Source: an uncultured Thermoleophilia bacterium (GTDB lineage Bacteria > Actinomycetota > Thermoleophilia > UBA2241). From it: DNA of 64,000 nucleotides. The position numbers and the translations under genes were made by a program. The stretch is from the NCBI GenBank assembly GCA_963715985.1, contig CAVQSP010000014.1, forward strand, positions 192,001 through 256,000, in the 5' to 3' direction. Positions 51,834-62,223 of the stretch are shown piece by piece (position 1 is the first letter of the stretch; every line of letters starts with the position of its first letter). The notes under the pieces were generated by a model. The model had not been told where the DNA came from and searched no databases. It saw nothing but the letters and a program-made list of their open reading frames with translations.

Positions 51834-52259
51834 GTGGCGGCAGCCGCACACGCGCGGCGCGCGACGGTCGCGCCGCGGCGAGACGAAGACACCGAGCGCT
51901 ACGCACCGCGCCCGGCGACGCGGCGGATGCCGCGCACGCGCCGCCGCGCCATCCAGCGCGCCCGCTTCACGCGCGCCTTCGTCATCTTCGTCGTCTGCCT
52001 CACGGTGCTCGCCGTCGGGCGCGTCGCGCTGAGCTTCGCCGTCGTGCAGAAGACCATCGAGACCGACGCCGTGGTGCGCGAACAGCGCGCCCTCACGGCT
52101 GAGAACGCCCAGCTCGAAGAGGACCTCGCCCAGCTCGGCTCGACCGTGCGCATCCGCCACATCGCCGAGAACCAGCTGGGCCTTGTGGACGCGGACCACG
52201 TGCAGTACCTGCGCGTCTCCTGGCAGGCGCGACCCGCCAAGGTGGCCGAGAGGCCCTGA
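51834..52259 (+). CDS. ftsL: Cell division protein FtsL-like
   Basis: Single TM plus coiled coil, IAENQLGL; lies between rsmH and ftsI. Confidence 0.8.
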   Translation: MAAAAHARRATVAPRRDEDTERYAPRPATRRMPRTRRRAIQRARFTRAFVIFVVCLTVLAVGRVALSFAVVQKTIETDAVVREQRALTAENAQLEEDLAQLGSTVRIRHIAENQLGLVDADHVQYLRVSWQARPAKVAERP

Positions 52260-54022
52260 TGGCCGCAGCTGAGCCAGGTCGGCGTCGCGCGGCCCGCCGG
52301 CGCGGCGGGGGCCTGCGTTCGCTCACCAGGGCCGCCGCGCGCGGCGGTGGTGTGGCCGGCGGGCGCGGCGTGGACGGCCGCATCCGGCTCCTCCGCTTCC
52401 TGTTCATCGTCTTCCTGGTGCTGGCCGGCGGCAAGGCCGTGGCGCTGGCGTCCTCCTCCGCCAACCTCACGCAGATCGCCCTGCAGCAGCAGACCGCCAC
52501 GGTCGTGCTGCCCGCTCACCGCGGCGCCATCCTGGACCGCAACGGCCGCGAGCTCGCGGTGGGCAAGCCCGCCAAGACGGTGTTCGCCACCCCGTACTTG
52601 CTCAAGGATCCGCGCAGCGCCGCACGGCAGTTGTGGCGCGTCCTGCACATCCGCCGCCACGCCGAGCGCAAGGCTCTGGTCCAGAAGCTCTCGCAGTCCA
52701 AGAGGGGGTTCGCCTACGTGGCGCGCAAGATCGACCCCGATCTGGCCGAGGCGGCTTTGGCGCTGGACCTGCCCGGCGTGGGCGCGTACGACGAAGAGGA
52801 GCGCGCTTACCCCATGAAGGGGTCCGCGGGCCAGGTGCTCGGCTTCGTCGGCGTGGACGGCAACGGCCTGGAAGGTCTCGAGAGCACCTACGAGAAGGAT
52901 CTCGCCGGGGTGGCGGGCAGCGAGGTGATCGTCCGCGATCCCGCCGGGCGCACGCTCAGGACGATCCATGAGACGCAGCCCACGTCGGGCGCCGACGTTC
53001 AGCTCACGCTGGACGAGACCATCCAGTACGCGGCCGAGGACGTGCTCAAGACGACGCTGCGCACGAGCGGCGCCAAGGCCGCCACGGCCATCGTGATGGA
53101 CCCGCGCACCGGCGAGGTCCTGGCGATGGCGAACGTGCCCACCCTGAAAGGCGACGTCTTCAACGCCGACAAGGACGTCAAGCGCAACCGCTGCGTCACA
53201 GACGTCTACGAGCCGGGCTCCATCTTCAAGCTCGTGACGATCTCCGGCGCTCTCGCCGACGGCCTCGTCACGCCGAAGACGAAGTTCACGCTGCCGCCGT
53301 CGCTCACCCTGTACGACAGGACGATCAACGAGTCTCACCCACGCGGCACCGTCACCTACTCGGTCCGCGAGATCCTCCAGTGGTCCAGCAACGTCGGCGC
53401 CGTGAAGATCGGCATGATGATGGGCAAGGACCGCCTGCTCAAGTGGATGAAGGCGTTCGGGTTCGGGGCAACGACAGGGATCGGCCTGTCGGGAGACGCC
53501 GAGGGCATCGTGCCTCCGGCGGAGCTGTGGTCGGGAACCTCGATCGCCAACATCCCCATGGGGCAGGGCATCGCCGTCACCCCCATGCAGATGGCCGTGG
53601 CGTTCTCCACGGTGGCCAACAAGGGGATCCGCATGACGCCGCGTCTCGTCGACCGGGTGGGCGGCAAGGCGACCGAGACGCCCGCCGGGCGCCGCATCAT
53701 ACCCGCCAGTGTCGCCGCAGACGTGCGTTCCATGCTGGCCACCGCCGTTGCCAAGGGCACCGGCACCAAGGCGCAGATCCCCGGCTACAAGGTGGCGGGC
53801 AAGACCGGCACCGCGGAGAAGCCACTCCCCAACGGCGGCGGCTACTCCAAGACCGACTTCGTGGCGTCCTTCATCGGGATGGTCCCCGCCGACCACCCCC
53901 GCCTCGTCGTTCTCGTGGCCGTCGACTCGCCGCGCTCGTCCATCTACGGCGGCGACATCGCGGCCCCGGCGGTGCAGAAGATCATGCGCTTCGCCCTGCA
54001 GCACCTGGAGATCGCCCCGTGA
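52259..54022 (+). CDS. ftsI: Class B penicillin-binding protein
   Basis: RGAILDRNG, EPGSIFK, SSN, KTGT. Confidence 0.95.
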   Translation: MAAAEPGRRRAARRRGGGLRSLTRAAARGGGVAGGRGVDGRIRLLRFLFIVFLVLAGGKAVALASSSANLTQIALQQQTATVVLPAHRGAILDRNGRELAVGKPAKTVFATPYLLKDPRSAARQLWRVLHIRRHAERKALVQKLSQSKRGFAYVARKIDPDLAEAALALDLPGVGAYDEEERAYPMKGSAGQVLGFVGVDGNGLEGLESTYEKDLAGVAGSEVIVRDPAGRTLRTIHETQPTSGADVQLTLDETIQYAAEDVLKTTLRTSGAKAATAIVMDPRTGEVLAMANVPTLKGDVFNADKDVKRNRCVTDVYEPGSIFKLVTISGALADGLVTPKTKFTLPPSLTLYDRTINESHPRGTVTYSVREILQWSSNVGAVKIGMMMGKDRLLKWMKAFGFGATTGIGLSGDAEGIVPPAELWSGTSIANIPMGQGIAVTPMQMAVAFSTVANKGIRMTPRLVDRVGGKATETPAGRRIIPASVAADVRSMLATAVAKGTGTKAQIPGYKVAGKTGTAEKPLPNGGGYSKTDFVASFIGMVPADHPRLVVLVAVDSPRSSIYGGDIAAPAVQKIMRFALQHLEIAP

Positions 54023-54103
54023 GCACCGCTGCCGCGCGGCGCTCGCGCGGAGGGCTGTCCGCCGCGGGAACGCGGCGAGGACCTTTTGATAGAATCCGCC
54101 GCG

Positions 54104-55621
54104 ATGAAGCTTGCCGAGCTGGTCAAGGGGGTCGAAGGCGCCACCGTGCGTGGCGATCCGGCCACCGACATCCGTGGCCTCGCCTACCACACGCGTGACG
54201 TCGCCGACGGCACGCTTTTCTTTTGTGTGCCCGGGCTCTCCTTCGACGGGCACGACTTCGCGGCCGGCGCTGTGGCCGCGGGCGCGGCCGCCGTGGTCTG
54301 CGAGCGGCCCACCAGCGTCGCGGTGCCCGAGGTGGTCGTGCCGTCCGTGCGCCTCGCCATGGCCCTCATGGGGTCGCGCTGGTACGGCGAGCCGTCTCGC
54401 GAGCTGCGCGTGGTGGGCGTCACCGGGACCAACGGCAAGACCACCACCGCACACCTCGTGGCCGGCATCATGACCGCGGCGGGCGAGCAGAGCGCGCTGC
54501 TGGGCACGGTGGTGAACCGCATCGGCGGCGTCGATCACGCCGTCATGCTCACCACCGCGGAGTCTCTGGACCTGCAGCGCATGTTCCGGGAGATGCTGGA
54601 TGCCGGCGACCGCGCCTGCGCCCTCGAGGTCAGCTCGCACGCGCTCTCCCAGGACCGCGCCGCCGGCATCGAGTTCGACGCCGTGGTCTTCAGCAACCTC
54701 ACGCGCGACCACCTCGACTACCACAAGGACCTTGAGGACTACTACGGAGCCAAGCGTCGCCTCTTCCTGCCTGGAGAGGGGCGCAACGGCTCCGCCAAGG
54801 CCATCGTCAACGTCGGCGACGAGTTCGGCCGGCGCCTCGCCGCTGAGTGCCGGCCGCTGTACGGCGACGACCTGTGGACGTGCCGCGTCGCCGCCGGGGC
54901 GGACGCCGACTCGCCCGGCGCGCCGGCGGACGCCGAGGCCCGCGACGTGCGCTTGCGCGCCGACGGCTCGGACTTCGTGCTCGCCGTCCCGCGCCTCGGC
55001 CTCGAGGAGCGGGTCACCCTGCGTCTGGCGGCGCGATTCAACGTCGAGAACGCCCTCGCGGCCGGCGCCACGGCGCTCGCCATGGGGTTGCCGGCCGCAG
55101 CCGTGCTCGAGGGTCTCGCGGTCACGGAGGGCGTCCCCGGCCGCTTCCAGGCGGTACGCGCAGGGCAGCCCTTCGCCGTCATCGTCGACTACTCGCACAC
55201 GCCGGACTCGCTGGAGAACGCGCTGCGCGCCGCGCGCAGCGTGACGCGCGGGCGCGTGCTGGTGGTGTTCGGCTGCGGCGGCGACCGCGACCGCGGCAAG
55301 CGCCCGCTCATGGGTGAGATCGGGGCGCGCCTCGCCGACCGGGCCTTCATCACCTCGGACAACCCGCGCAGCGAGGCGCCGCTGGCCATCATCGACGAGA
55401 TCGCCGCCGGTGTGCCTGCTGAGCGCGCGGAACACGTCACCCTGGAGCCGGACCGGAGGGTCGCGATCCGTCTGGCCCTGGACGAGGCCCGGGACGACGA
55501 CTGCGTGGTCATCGCCGGCAAGGGCCACGAGCAGGGCCAGATCATCGGCGACCGCCGCATCCCGTTCGACGACCGGGCCGTGGCCGAGGAGCTGCTGGCC
55601 GAGCTGGGCGGGGACTGGTGA
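54104..55621 (+). CDS. murE: UDP-MurNAc-tripeptide synthetase (meso-DAP type)
   Basis: GTNGKTT, DHLDYH, DYSHTPD, DNPR, GKGHE. Confidence 0.96.
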   Translation: MKLAELVKGVEGATVRGDPATDIRGLAYHTRDVADGTLFFCVPGLSFDGHDFAAGAVAAGAAAVVCERPTSVAVPEVVVPSVRLAMALMGSRWYGEPSRELRVVGVTGTNGKTTTAHLVAGIMTAAGEQSALLGTVVNRIGGVDHAVMLTTAESLDLQRMFREMLDAGDRACALEVSSHALSQDRAAGIEFDAVVFSNLTRDHLDYHKDLEDYYGAKRRLFLPGEGRNGSAKAIVNVGDEFGRRLAAECRPLYGDDLWTCRVAAGADADSPGAPADAEARDVRLRADGSDFVLAVPRLGLEERVTLRLAARFNVENALAAGATALAMGLPAAAVLEGLAVTEGVPGRFQAVRAGQPFAVIVDYSHTPDSLENALRAARSVTRGRVLVVFGCGGDRDRGKRPLMGEIGARLADRAFITSDNPRSEAPLAIIDEIAAGVPAERAEHVTLEPDRRVAIRLALDEARDDDCVVIAGKGHEQGQIIGDRRIPFDDRAVAEELLAELGGDW

Positions 55622-55625
55622 CGCC

Positions 55626-56991
55626 GTGCTGCCGCTGACGCTCGCCGAGGTCGCGGCCGCCTGCGGCGGCCACCTGCACGGCGAGGATCTCGAGGCCACC
55701 GTGAACGCGGTCAGCACAGATTCCCGGCGCGTGGCCCCCGGCGACCTGTTCGTCGGCCTGCGCGGCGAGTCGTTCGACGGCGACGCGTACGCCGCCGCCG
55801 CGCTGGCCGCGGGTGCGGCCGCCGTGGTCGTACGCGCCGAGACGGCAGCACTGCTGCCGCCGGGCTCCAGGGCAGTCGTGGTCGAGGACGGTCTGGCGGC
55901 GCTGCAGCTGCTGGCGACGCACGTGCGGCGCCGTTCCGGCGCCAAGGTGGTCGCCATCACGGGCAGCGCCGGCAAGACGTCGACCAAGGACGTGCTCGCC
56001 GCCCTGCTGCGCCCCGTGGCGCGCACGGTGGCCACCACCGCCAACTACAACAACGAGATCGGCGTGCCGCTCACGCTGCTGCAGATCGAGCCGGACACCG
56101 AGGTCGTGGTGGTGGAGATGGCCATGCGCGGCATGGGGCAGATCCGCGACGCTGGCACGCGTCGCCCTGCCCGACGTTGGCGTGATCACGACGATCGCCC
56201 CGGTCCACCTCGAGCTGGTCGGCACGGTGGAAGATGTGGCGGCGGCCAAGGCCGAGCTCATCGAGGAGTTGGACGGGGGCACCGCCGTGGTCCCCGCGGG
56301 CGAGGCGCTGTTGGAGCTTCACCTGGACCGCTTTCACGGCCGCGTCGTCACCTTCGGCGAGCCGGACGCCGACGTGCACCTCGTGGACGAGGAGCGCCGC
56401 GGCGAGAGCACGCATGCCCTGGTGGACGCGTTCGGCCATCGCGCCACCCTGGAGTTCAGCTTCACCGGCGGCCACTATCTGCAGGACGCACTGGCGGCAG
56501 TGGCTGCCTTCATCGAGCTCGGCTACCGTCTCGAGGAGGCGCGTCCCGGCGCCACCCAGGTCGCCTTCAGCGACCTCCGCGGCGCCGTCTCGCCGCTGAC
56601 CGGCGGCGGCCTGCTGCTCAACGACGCCTACAACGCCAACCCGGTGGCCATGAAGGCGGCGCTGGACCACCTCGTGAGCATCGCCGACGGTCGCCCGCTG
56701 GTGGCCGTGCTCGGCGACATGTACGAGCTGGGCGCCGCCGCCGCCGCGTACCACCGCGAGGTGGGCGAGTACTGCGCCGCGACCGGCGCGCGTCTCGTCG
56801 CCGTCGGCGACCTCGGCCGCGGCTATCTCACCGGCGCCCCCAGGGAGCGCTGGTTCGCCACCGTGGACGACTGTGTGGCGGCGCTGCCGGATGCCATACC
56901 CGCGGGCAGCGCCGTGCTCGTCAAGGCGTCGCGTGGCCTGCGCCTCGAACGCGTTGCCGAGGCGCTGGCCGCGGGCGGAGGGGGGACGTGA
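55626..56991 (+). CDS. murF: UDP-MurNAc-tripeptide--D-Ala-D-Ala ligase; +1 frameshift near 56148
   Basis: TDSR, GSAGKTSTK, NNEIGVPLT; shifted frame HLE, NDAYNANP, LGDMYELG, KASRG. Confidence 0.93.
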
Positions 56992-57977
56992 TGCTCAGGG
57001 CCATGGGCGCCGGCGTGGTGGCCATGATCCTCATGCTCGTCATCGGGCCGGCCTTCATCCGCTGGCTGCGCCACAACGAGTTCGGTCAGAACATCCGGGA
57101 AGACGGCCCTGAGGGTCACAAGGTCAAGGAAGGAACGCCCACCATGGGCGGCATGCTCATCTGGCTGGCCGTCATCGTGCCGTTCCTGATCTTCAGCCGC
57201 TTCTCCGTGGCGTCGCTCACGGTGATGATCGCGGCGCTGGGCAACGCCGCCATCGGCTTCGCCGACGACTGGATCAAGATCGTGCGCCGCCGCTCGCTGG
57301 GTCTCTCCGCCCGGTACAAGCTGCTGCTGCAGCTGGCGCTGGCGCTGTTCGTGGGCTTCGTGGCCCTGCACTTCGTCGGCCTGGACACGCGTGTCGACGT
57401 GCCCTTCACGTCCTGGAAGCTCGAGCTGGGCGGCATCGGCTTCTACGCCCTCATCTTCCTCGTGATCGCAGGGTTCTCCAACGCCGTGAACCTCACCGAC
57501 GGGCTGGACGGTCTGGCAGCCGGAGCCTCGGCCATCGTCCTCGTCGCGATGGCCGGCATCGCCTTCATCATCGGCCGCAACGCCAACGACCCGGGCATCT
57601 CCGACCTCATGGTGGTGGCCGGCTGCATCGGCGGCGCCTGTCTGGGCTTTCTCTGGTACAACACCTTCCCGGCGGACGTCTTCATGGGCGACACCGGCTC
57701 TCTGGGCCTGGGCGGCGCCATCGCCGGCCTGGCCGTGATGACGCGCACCGAGTTCGTGCTCGTCATCATCGGCGGCCTCTTCGTCCTGGAGGCCGCCTCG
57801 GTGGCGGCGCAGGTCATCGCCTTCAAGCTCTTCCACCGGCGCGTGCTGCTCATGGCGCCGCTGCACCACCACTTCGAGCTCAAGGCCTGGTCGGAGACCA
57901 AGATCATCGTGCGCTTCTGGATCGTGGCGGCGCTGTTCGCCGGCGCGGGGTTCGCGATCTACTACGCCACCTTCTAG
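56991..57977 (+). CDS. mraY: Phospho-MurNAc-pentapeptide transferase
   Basis: KEGTPTMGG, NAVNLTDGLDG, FMGDTGS, APLHHHFE. Confidence 0.96.
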   Translation: MLRAMGAGVVAMILMLVIGPAFIRWLRHNEFGQNIREDGPEGHKVKEGTPTMGGMLIWLAVIVPFLIFSRFSVASLTVMIAALGNAAIGFADDWIKIVRRRSLGLSARYKLLLQLALALFVGFVALHFVGLDTRVDVPFTSWKLELGGIGFYALIFLVIAGFSNAVNLTDGLDGLAAGASAIVLVAMAGIAFIIGRNANDPGISDLMVVAGCIGGACLGFLWYNTFPADVFMGDTGSLGLGGAIAGLAVMTRTEFVLVIIGGLFVLEAASVAAQVIAFKLFHRRVLLMAPLHHHFELKAWSETKIIVRFWIVAALFAGAGFAIYYATF

Positions 57978-57988
57978 GAGCCGCCCCC

Positions 57989-59446
57989 GTGGATCTCAGC
58001 GACGTCCGTTGTCTCGCCGTGCTCGGCCTGCGCCGCAGCGGGCTGCCGGCGGCCCTGCTCGCGCGCCGGCGGTTGCCGACGGCGCGCGTCGTGGCGCTCG
58101 ACGAGGGCGCGGCACCCGACGACGCGGCGGCAGAGCTCCGCGCCGCCGGCGTGGAGGTGCTCACGGGCGCCGAGGCGGTGCTGCCGGAGGGGACCGACCT
58201 GCTCATCAAGAGCCCGGGCGTGCCCAACGAGAGCCCGGCGGTCCAGGATGCCTTGCGCCGCGGGGTGGCGCTCTGGAGCGAGGTGGAGTTCGCCGCCCGC
58301 TTCCTGCCCAACCGCGTGATCGGCATCACCGGCACCAACGGCAAGACGACCACCACGGAGCTGACGGGAGCGCTGTTCCGCGACGCCGGCCTGCCGGTGG
58401 CCGTGGGCGGCAACGTGGGCTTCGCGCTGGCCGGCATGCCGGAGGCGGTGCCGGCCGAGGCCGTGGTGGTGGCCGAGCTCTCCAGTTTTCAGCTCGAGCA
58501 CATCGAGCGCTTCCGCCCCGAGGTGGCCGTGCTCCTCAACCTCACCGAGGACCATCTCGACCGTCACGGCGACTACCGCGGCTACGTGGACGCCAAGCTG
58601 CGCATCTTCGAGAACCAGGAGGAGGGCGACCTCGCGCTGCTGAACGCGGACGACCCCGGCATCGCCGAGGAGGCCGGGGCCGGGCGGATCGGCGGCCGCG
58701 GCCGGCGTGCCTGGTTCTCCGCCGCGCCCGGGCGCGACACAGGGCCGGGGGGCCGGCCGCTGGTCGCCGGCGTGCGCCGCGACGGCACCCTGTGGCTGGC
58801 TCTGGAGGGGACGGGTGAGGCCGGAGGGCCTGCGGCCGCCGGCCCCGCCGTCGACCTGTGCCAAGCGCGCGAGCTGGCCCTGAAGGGCGAGCACAACCTG
58901 CAGAACTCCCTGGCCGCCGCCGCCGCGGCCTGCGCTCTCGGCGTCTCCGCCGGCTCGGCCGCGAGGACGTTGCGCACCTTCGAGGGGGTCCCGCACCGCC
59001 TCCAGGTGGCGGGCGTCGCCGGCGGCGTCACGTACATCAACGACTCCAAGGCGACCAACGTGGACGCCACCCTCAAAGCGCTGACCGCGTACACGACGCG
59101 CGTCCACCTGATCCTGGGCGGCTACGACAAGGGTGCGGAGTGGGACGAGCTGGTGCAGGCGACCGAGGGTCACGTGACGCGGGCCCTGCTCATCGGCGCC
59201 ACGGCGCTGCAGCTGGAGGCGGCCTTCGCGGCCCGCGCGGCCGCGGTAGGGCCGCAGGCGACACCGGCCGTGGTGTGCGGTGACCTGGAGACGGCGGTGC
59301 GGCTGGCGGGCTGCGACGCGCAGCCGGGCGACGTGGTGCTTCTGAGTCCGGCCTGTGCGAGCTGGGACCAGTATAGGGATTACGTGGAGCGGGGCGAACA
59401 CTTCCTCAGGCTCGTGCATGACCTGACAGCGACCGGCACACCGTGA
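57989..59446 (+). CDS. murD: UDP-MurNAc-L-Ala--D-Glu ligase
   Basis: KSPG, GTNGKTT, ELSSFQL, DHLDRH, NDSKATN, SPACAS. Confidence 0.96.
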   Translation: MDLSDVRCLAVLGLRRSGLPAALLARRRLPTARVVALDEGAAPDDAAAELRAAGVEVLTGAEAVLPEGTDLLIKSPGVPNESPAVQDALRRGVALWSEVEFAARFLPNRVIGITGTNGKTTTTELTGALFRDAGLPVAVGGNVGFALAGMPEAVPAEAVVVAELSSFQLEHIERFRPEVAVLLNLTEDHLDRHGDYRGYVDAKLRIFENQEEGDLALLNADDPGIAEEAGAGRIGGRGRRAWFSAAPGRDTGPGGRPLVAGVRRDGTLWLALEGTGEAGGPAAAGPAVDLCQARELALKGEHNLQNSLAAAAAACALGVSAGSAARTLRTFEGVPHRLQVAGVAGGVTYINDSKATNVDATLKALTAYTTRVHLILGGYDKGAEWDELVQATEGHVTRALLIGATALQLEAAFAARAAAVGPQATPAVVCGDLETAVRLAGCDAQPGDVVLLSPACASWDQYRDYVERGEHFLRLVHDLTATGTP

Positions 59447-59462
59447 GCCCGCGGAGGCGCCG

Positions 59463-60884
59463 ATGACGAGATCGCCTCTCGACCACTCAGATTGGGTCGA
59501 CGATCGGCGGCCGCGGGGGCGCCGCGTGAGCGGCGCCCCCGCGGCCGCCGCGCGCACCGGCAGCGGTTTCCCCGCGCGGGCCTCCGCCTCCACTCGCCGC
59601 GACGCGGACGACGCCCGGCGCCGCGCCACCCAGCCGGCGCCCCGGCGCACCGCCTCGCGGCGCCGCACCGGCGCTCACGCGCTGCCGGGCCCGGGGGTCA
59701 CCGAGCGGCGCACCCTGCTGCTCGTCACGTTCATGCTCGTCCTGTACGGCTTGGTGATGGCGTACAGCGCCTCTACGGCCCAGGCGTACTTCGAGTACTC
59801 GTCGAGCTTCTACTTCGTCAAACGGCAGCTCGTCTGGGCGCTGCTCGGCGCGGGGACCATGTGGGTGCTCTCGCGCGTGGACTACGCCTGGTGGCGCCGC
59901 GCCGCGGTGCCCCTGGCCGCTGTGGTCGGCCTGGCTCTCGTCGCGGTGCTGGTGCCGGGCGTGGGCAGCGTGGTCAACGGTGCGCGCCGCTGGATCATCG
60001 TCGGCGGCCAGGGCATCCAGCCCAGCGAGCTCGCCAAGCTCGTCGCCGTCGTGCTCCTGGCGACGCTGATCGTGCGGCGCCCCAAGGAGCTGCAGACGCC
60101 CGTCGGCTTCGTCAAGCTCGCCGGCCTCGCCATCGTGCCCCCGGCGGCGCTCATCATGCTCGAGCCCGACCTCGGCACGACGCTGGTGCTCGTGGTCGCC
60201 GTCGTGGCCGTGCTCATCGCCGCGGGAGCGCGGCTGCGCCACCTGTTCGTGGCGGCCGTGGTCGGCCTCCTCGGCGTCCTCGTGATGATCGTGATCGAGC
60301 CGTACCGCCTGCAGCGCCTGGTCACCTTCATCGACCCGTGGAAGGACCCTCAGGGCAGTGGCTTCCAGGCCACCCAATCGCTCATCTCCATCGCCTCCGG
60401 GCACATCTTCGGCGTCGGTCTCGGCAACTCGGTGCAGAAGTTCGGCTTTCTGCCCGAGCAGGGCACCGACATGATCACCGGCATCATCGGGGAGGAGCTC
60501 GGGCTGGCCGGCATCGTGGTCCTGCTCGCGCTGTACGTGGCGCTCGCGTGGGCGTGCTTTCGCATCGCCCTCAGCTGCCGCGACCTGTTCGGCAAGCTGC
60601 TTGCCACCGGCATCACCGGCATCATCATCGGACAGGCCTGCATCAACGTGGGCGCGGCCCTGGGGCTGCTGCCGCTGACCGGCGTGCCGCTTCCGCTGGT
60701 CTCGCTGGGAGGTACCAGTCTCGTGGTGGTCTTCGCCGGCCTCGGCATCCTCCTCAACATCGCCACCAACCGGAGGAGCTACATCGTGGTGAGCAGCCCT
60801 CGCCGCGACGAGAGCAGGAGCACGAGACGTCCCAGCACGTCCCGAGGTACGGGATCTTCCCGGCGCAGCCGCCCGGCTGGATGA
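59463..60884 (+). CDS. ftsW: Peptidoglycan polymerase FtsW
   Basis: GARRWI, QPSELAK, EPDLGT, GEELG, TGVPLPLVS. Confidence 0.95.
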   Translation: MTRSPLDHSDWVDDRRPRGRRVSGAPAAAARTGSGFPARASASTRRDADDARRRATQPAPRRTASRRRTGAHALPGPGVTERRTLLLVTFMLVLYGLVMAYSASTAQAYFEYSSSFYFVKRQLVWALLGAGTMWVLSRVDYAWWRRAAVPLAAVVGLALVAVLVPGVGSVVNGARRWIIVGGQGIQPSELAKLVAVVLLATLIVRRPKELQTPVGFVKLAGLAIVPPAALIMLEPDLGTTLVLVVAVVAVLIAAGARLRHLFVAAVVGLLGVLVMIVIEPYRLQRLVTFIDPWKDPQGSGFQATQSLISIASGHIFGVGLGNSVQKFGFLPEQGTDMITGIIGEELGLAGIVVLLALYVALAWACFRIALSCRDLFGKLLATGITGIIIGQACINVGAALGLLPLTGVPLPLVSLGGTSLVVVFAGLGILLNIATNRRSYIVVSSPRRDESRSTRRPSTSRGTGSSRRSRPAG

Positions 60885-60932
60885 CCATCTGTTGAGGACC
60901 GCGGCTGGGCGACGTCACCGCTCCGCTCGCCA

Positions 60933-60971
60933 GCCGGAGCCCGCCGGAGCCCGCCGGCGCCCGCCGGCGCC
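60933..60971. repeat. Four tandem 10-bp units GCCGG(A/C)GCCC in the ftsW-murG gap
   Basis: Read directly from sequence; last unit is 9 bp. Confidence 0.7.
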
Positions 60972-61121
60972 GGGGAGGCGCGTCCGCGGATGCGTCGTCC
61001 CTCGCGGAGGATCGGACCCCGGAAGCAGGCGCGCCGTCCATGGTACAGAATGGTGGTCGCCTGCTCGGCACGGTCTGAGCAAGACCCCTGCACACCCGAT
61101 CCACCCGATGAAGGAGCCGCA

Positions 61122-62216
61122 GTGTCGTCACAACTCAGCGGAGTGACCGCTCTTCTCGCGGCGGGCGGGACCGGCGGGCACCTGCAGCCGGCGCTTGCCG
61201 TCGCGGAAGAGGCGCAGGCGCGCGGCGCGCGCGTCGTGGTCGTCACCACGCCGGCGCAGGTGGAGCGGGTGGCCGAGCGGTACACCGCGTATGCACTCGA
61301 GCTGAAGGGGTTCGCGCGCAGCATCGCGCCGCGGGAGTACGTTCGCACCGCGAAGCTGCTGGCCGCCGCCGTGCCGCGCGTACAGCGCATCCTCAAGGAG
61401 GTGCGGCCGGACGTGGCCGTGGGCGGCGGCGGTTTCGCCAGCGGGCCCGTGGTGGCGCTGGCGGCGGTGCAGGGGATCCCCGCTCTCGCCACCGAGGCCG
61501 ACGCCCACCTGGGCGTCGCCAACCGCATGCTCCGCCCGTTCGTCAGGCGCGTGTGTCTCAGCTTCCCCATCGAGGGTCTGGGGCCGCCCAAGTTCGTGGT
61601 GACGGGGCGGCCTCTGTCGCCTGGGCAGCTGACGGCCACGGCGCCCGAGGGCCGCGAGGCGTTCGGCCTGCGTCCCGACCTGCCGGTGGTGCTGGTGTTC
61701 GGCGGCAGCCAGGGCGCCCAGAGCATCAATCGCGCCTGCGTCGACGCCTTCGGGGGCCGTGACACCGGGCTGCAGCTCATCCACGTCTGCGGGCCACGCA
61801 ACCACGACGAGGTCCGCGCCGCCCTCGAGACGCGCGGCGAGCGGTTTGAGCACTACCGGCTGGTGGCCTACACTGACCGCCTGGCCGCCGCCATGGCGGC
61901 GGCCGACCTCGTCGTGGCGCGCTCCGGTGGGTCGGTGGCCGAGCTGGCGGCGCTGGGACGCCCGGCGATCCTGGTCCCCTATCCGTACGCCACGGCCGAC
62001 CACCAGCGCAAGAACGCGCGCTGGATGGTGGACGGCGGGGCCGCCCTGATGGTGGACGACGCCGGGCTGGACGGCGAGGTGCTGGGCGAGCTGGTCGCTG
62101 AGCTGCTCGCGCACACGGACCGCCTCGCGGCCATGGCCGCCGCCAGCGCGGCGCTGGGCCGCCCGGACGCCGCGCAGCGCGTGGTGGACGAACTGGTCGG
62201 ACTACTCGGGAGATGA
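61122..62216 (+). CDS. murG: Lipid I GlcNAc transferase
   Basis: GGTGGH, GGGFAS, GGSQGA, DHQRKNA; AAGGAG RBS. Confidence 0.96.
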   Translation: MSSQLSGVTALLAAGGTGGHLQPALAVAEEAQARGARVVVVTTPAQVERVAERYTAYALELKGFARSIAPREYVRTAKLLAAAVPRVQRILKEVRPDVAVGGGGFASGPVVALAAVQGIPALATEADAHLGVANRMLRPFVRRVCLSFPIEGLGPPKFVVTGRPLSPGQLTATAPEGREAFGLRPDLPVVLVFGGSQGAQSINRACVDAFGGRDTGLQLIHVCGPRNHDEVRAALETRGERFEHYRLVAYTDRLAAAMAAADLVVARSGGSVAELAALGRPAILVPYPYATADHQRKNARWMVDGGAALMVDDAGLDGEVLGELVAELLAHTDRLAAMAAASAALGRPDAAQRVVDELVGLLGR

Positions 62217-62223
62217 GACAACG

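Noticed and set aside
51899-56044. Very long antisense ORFs (e.g. 1381 aa here, 952 aa at 20584-23442, 927 aa at 29041-31824)
   Set aside because: Stop-poor shadows of real genes, expected at this GC content; no motifs
55314-57977. Apparent 887-aa MurF-MraY fusion ORF
   Set aside because: The middle is out-of-frame Arg/Gly-rich text; it arises from the +1 indel in murF near 56148
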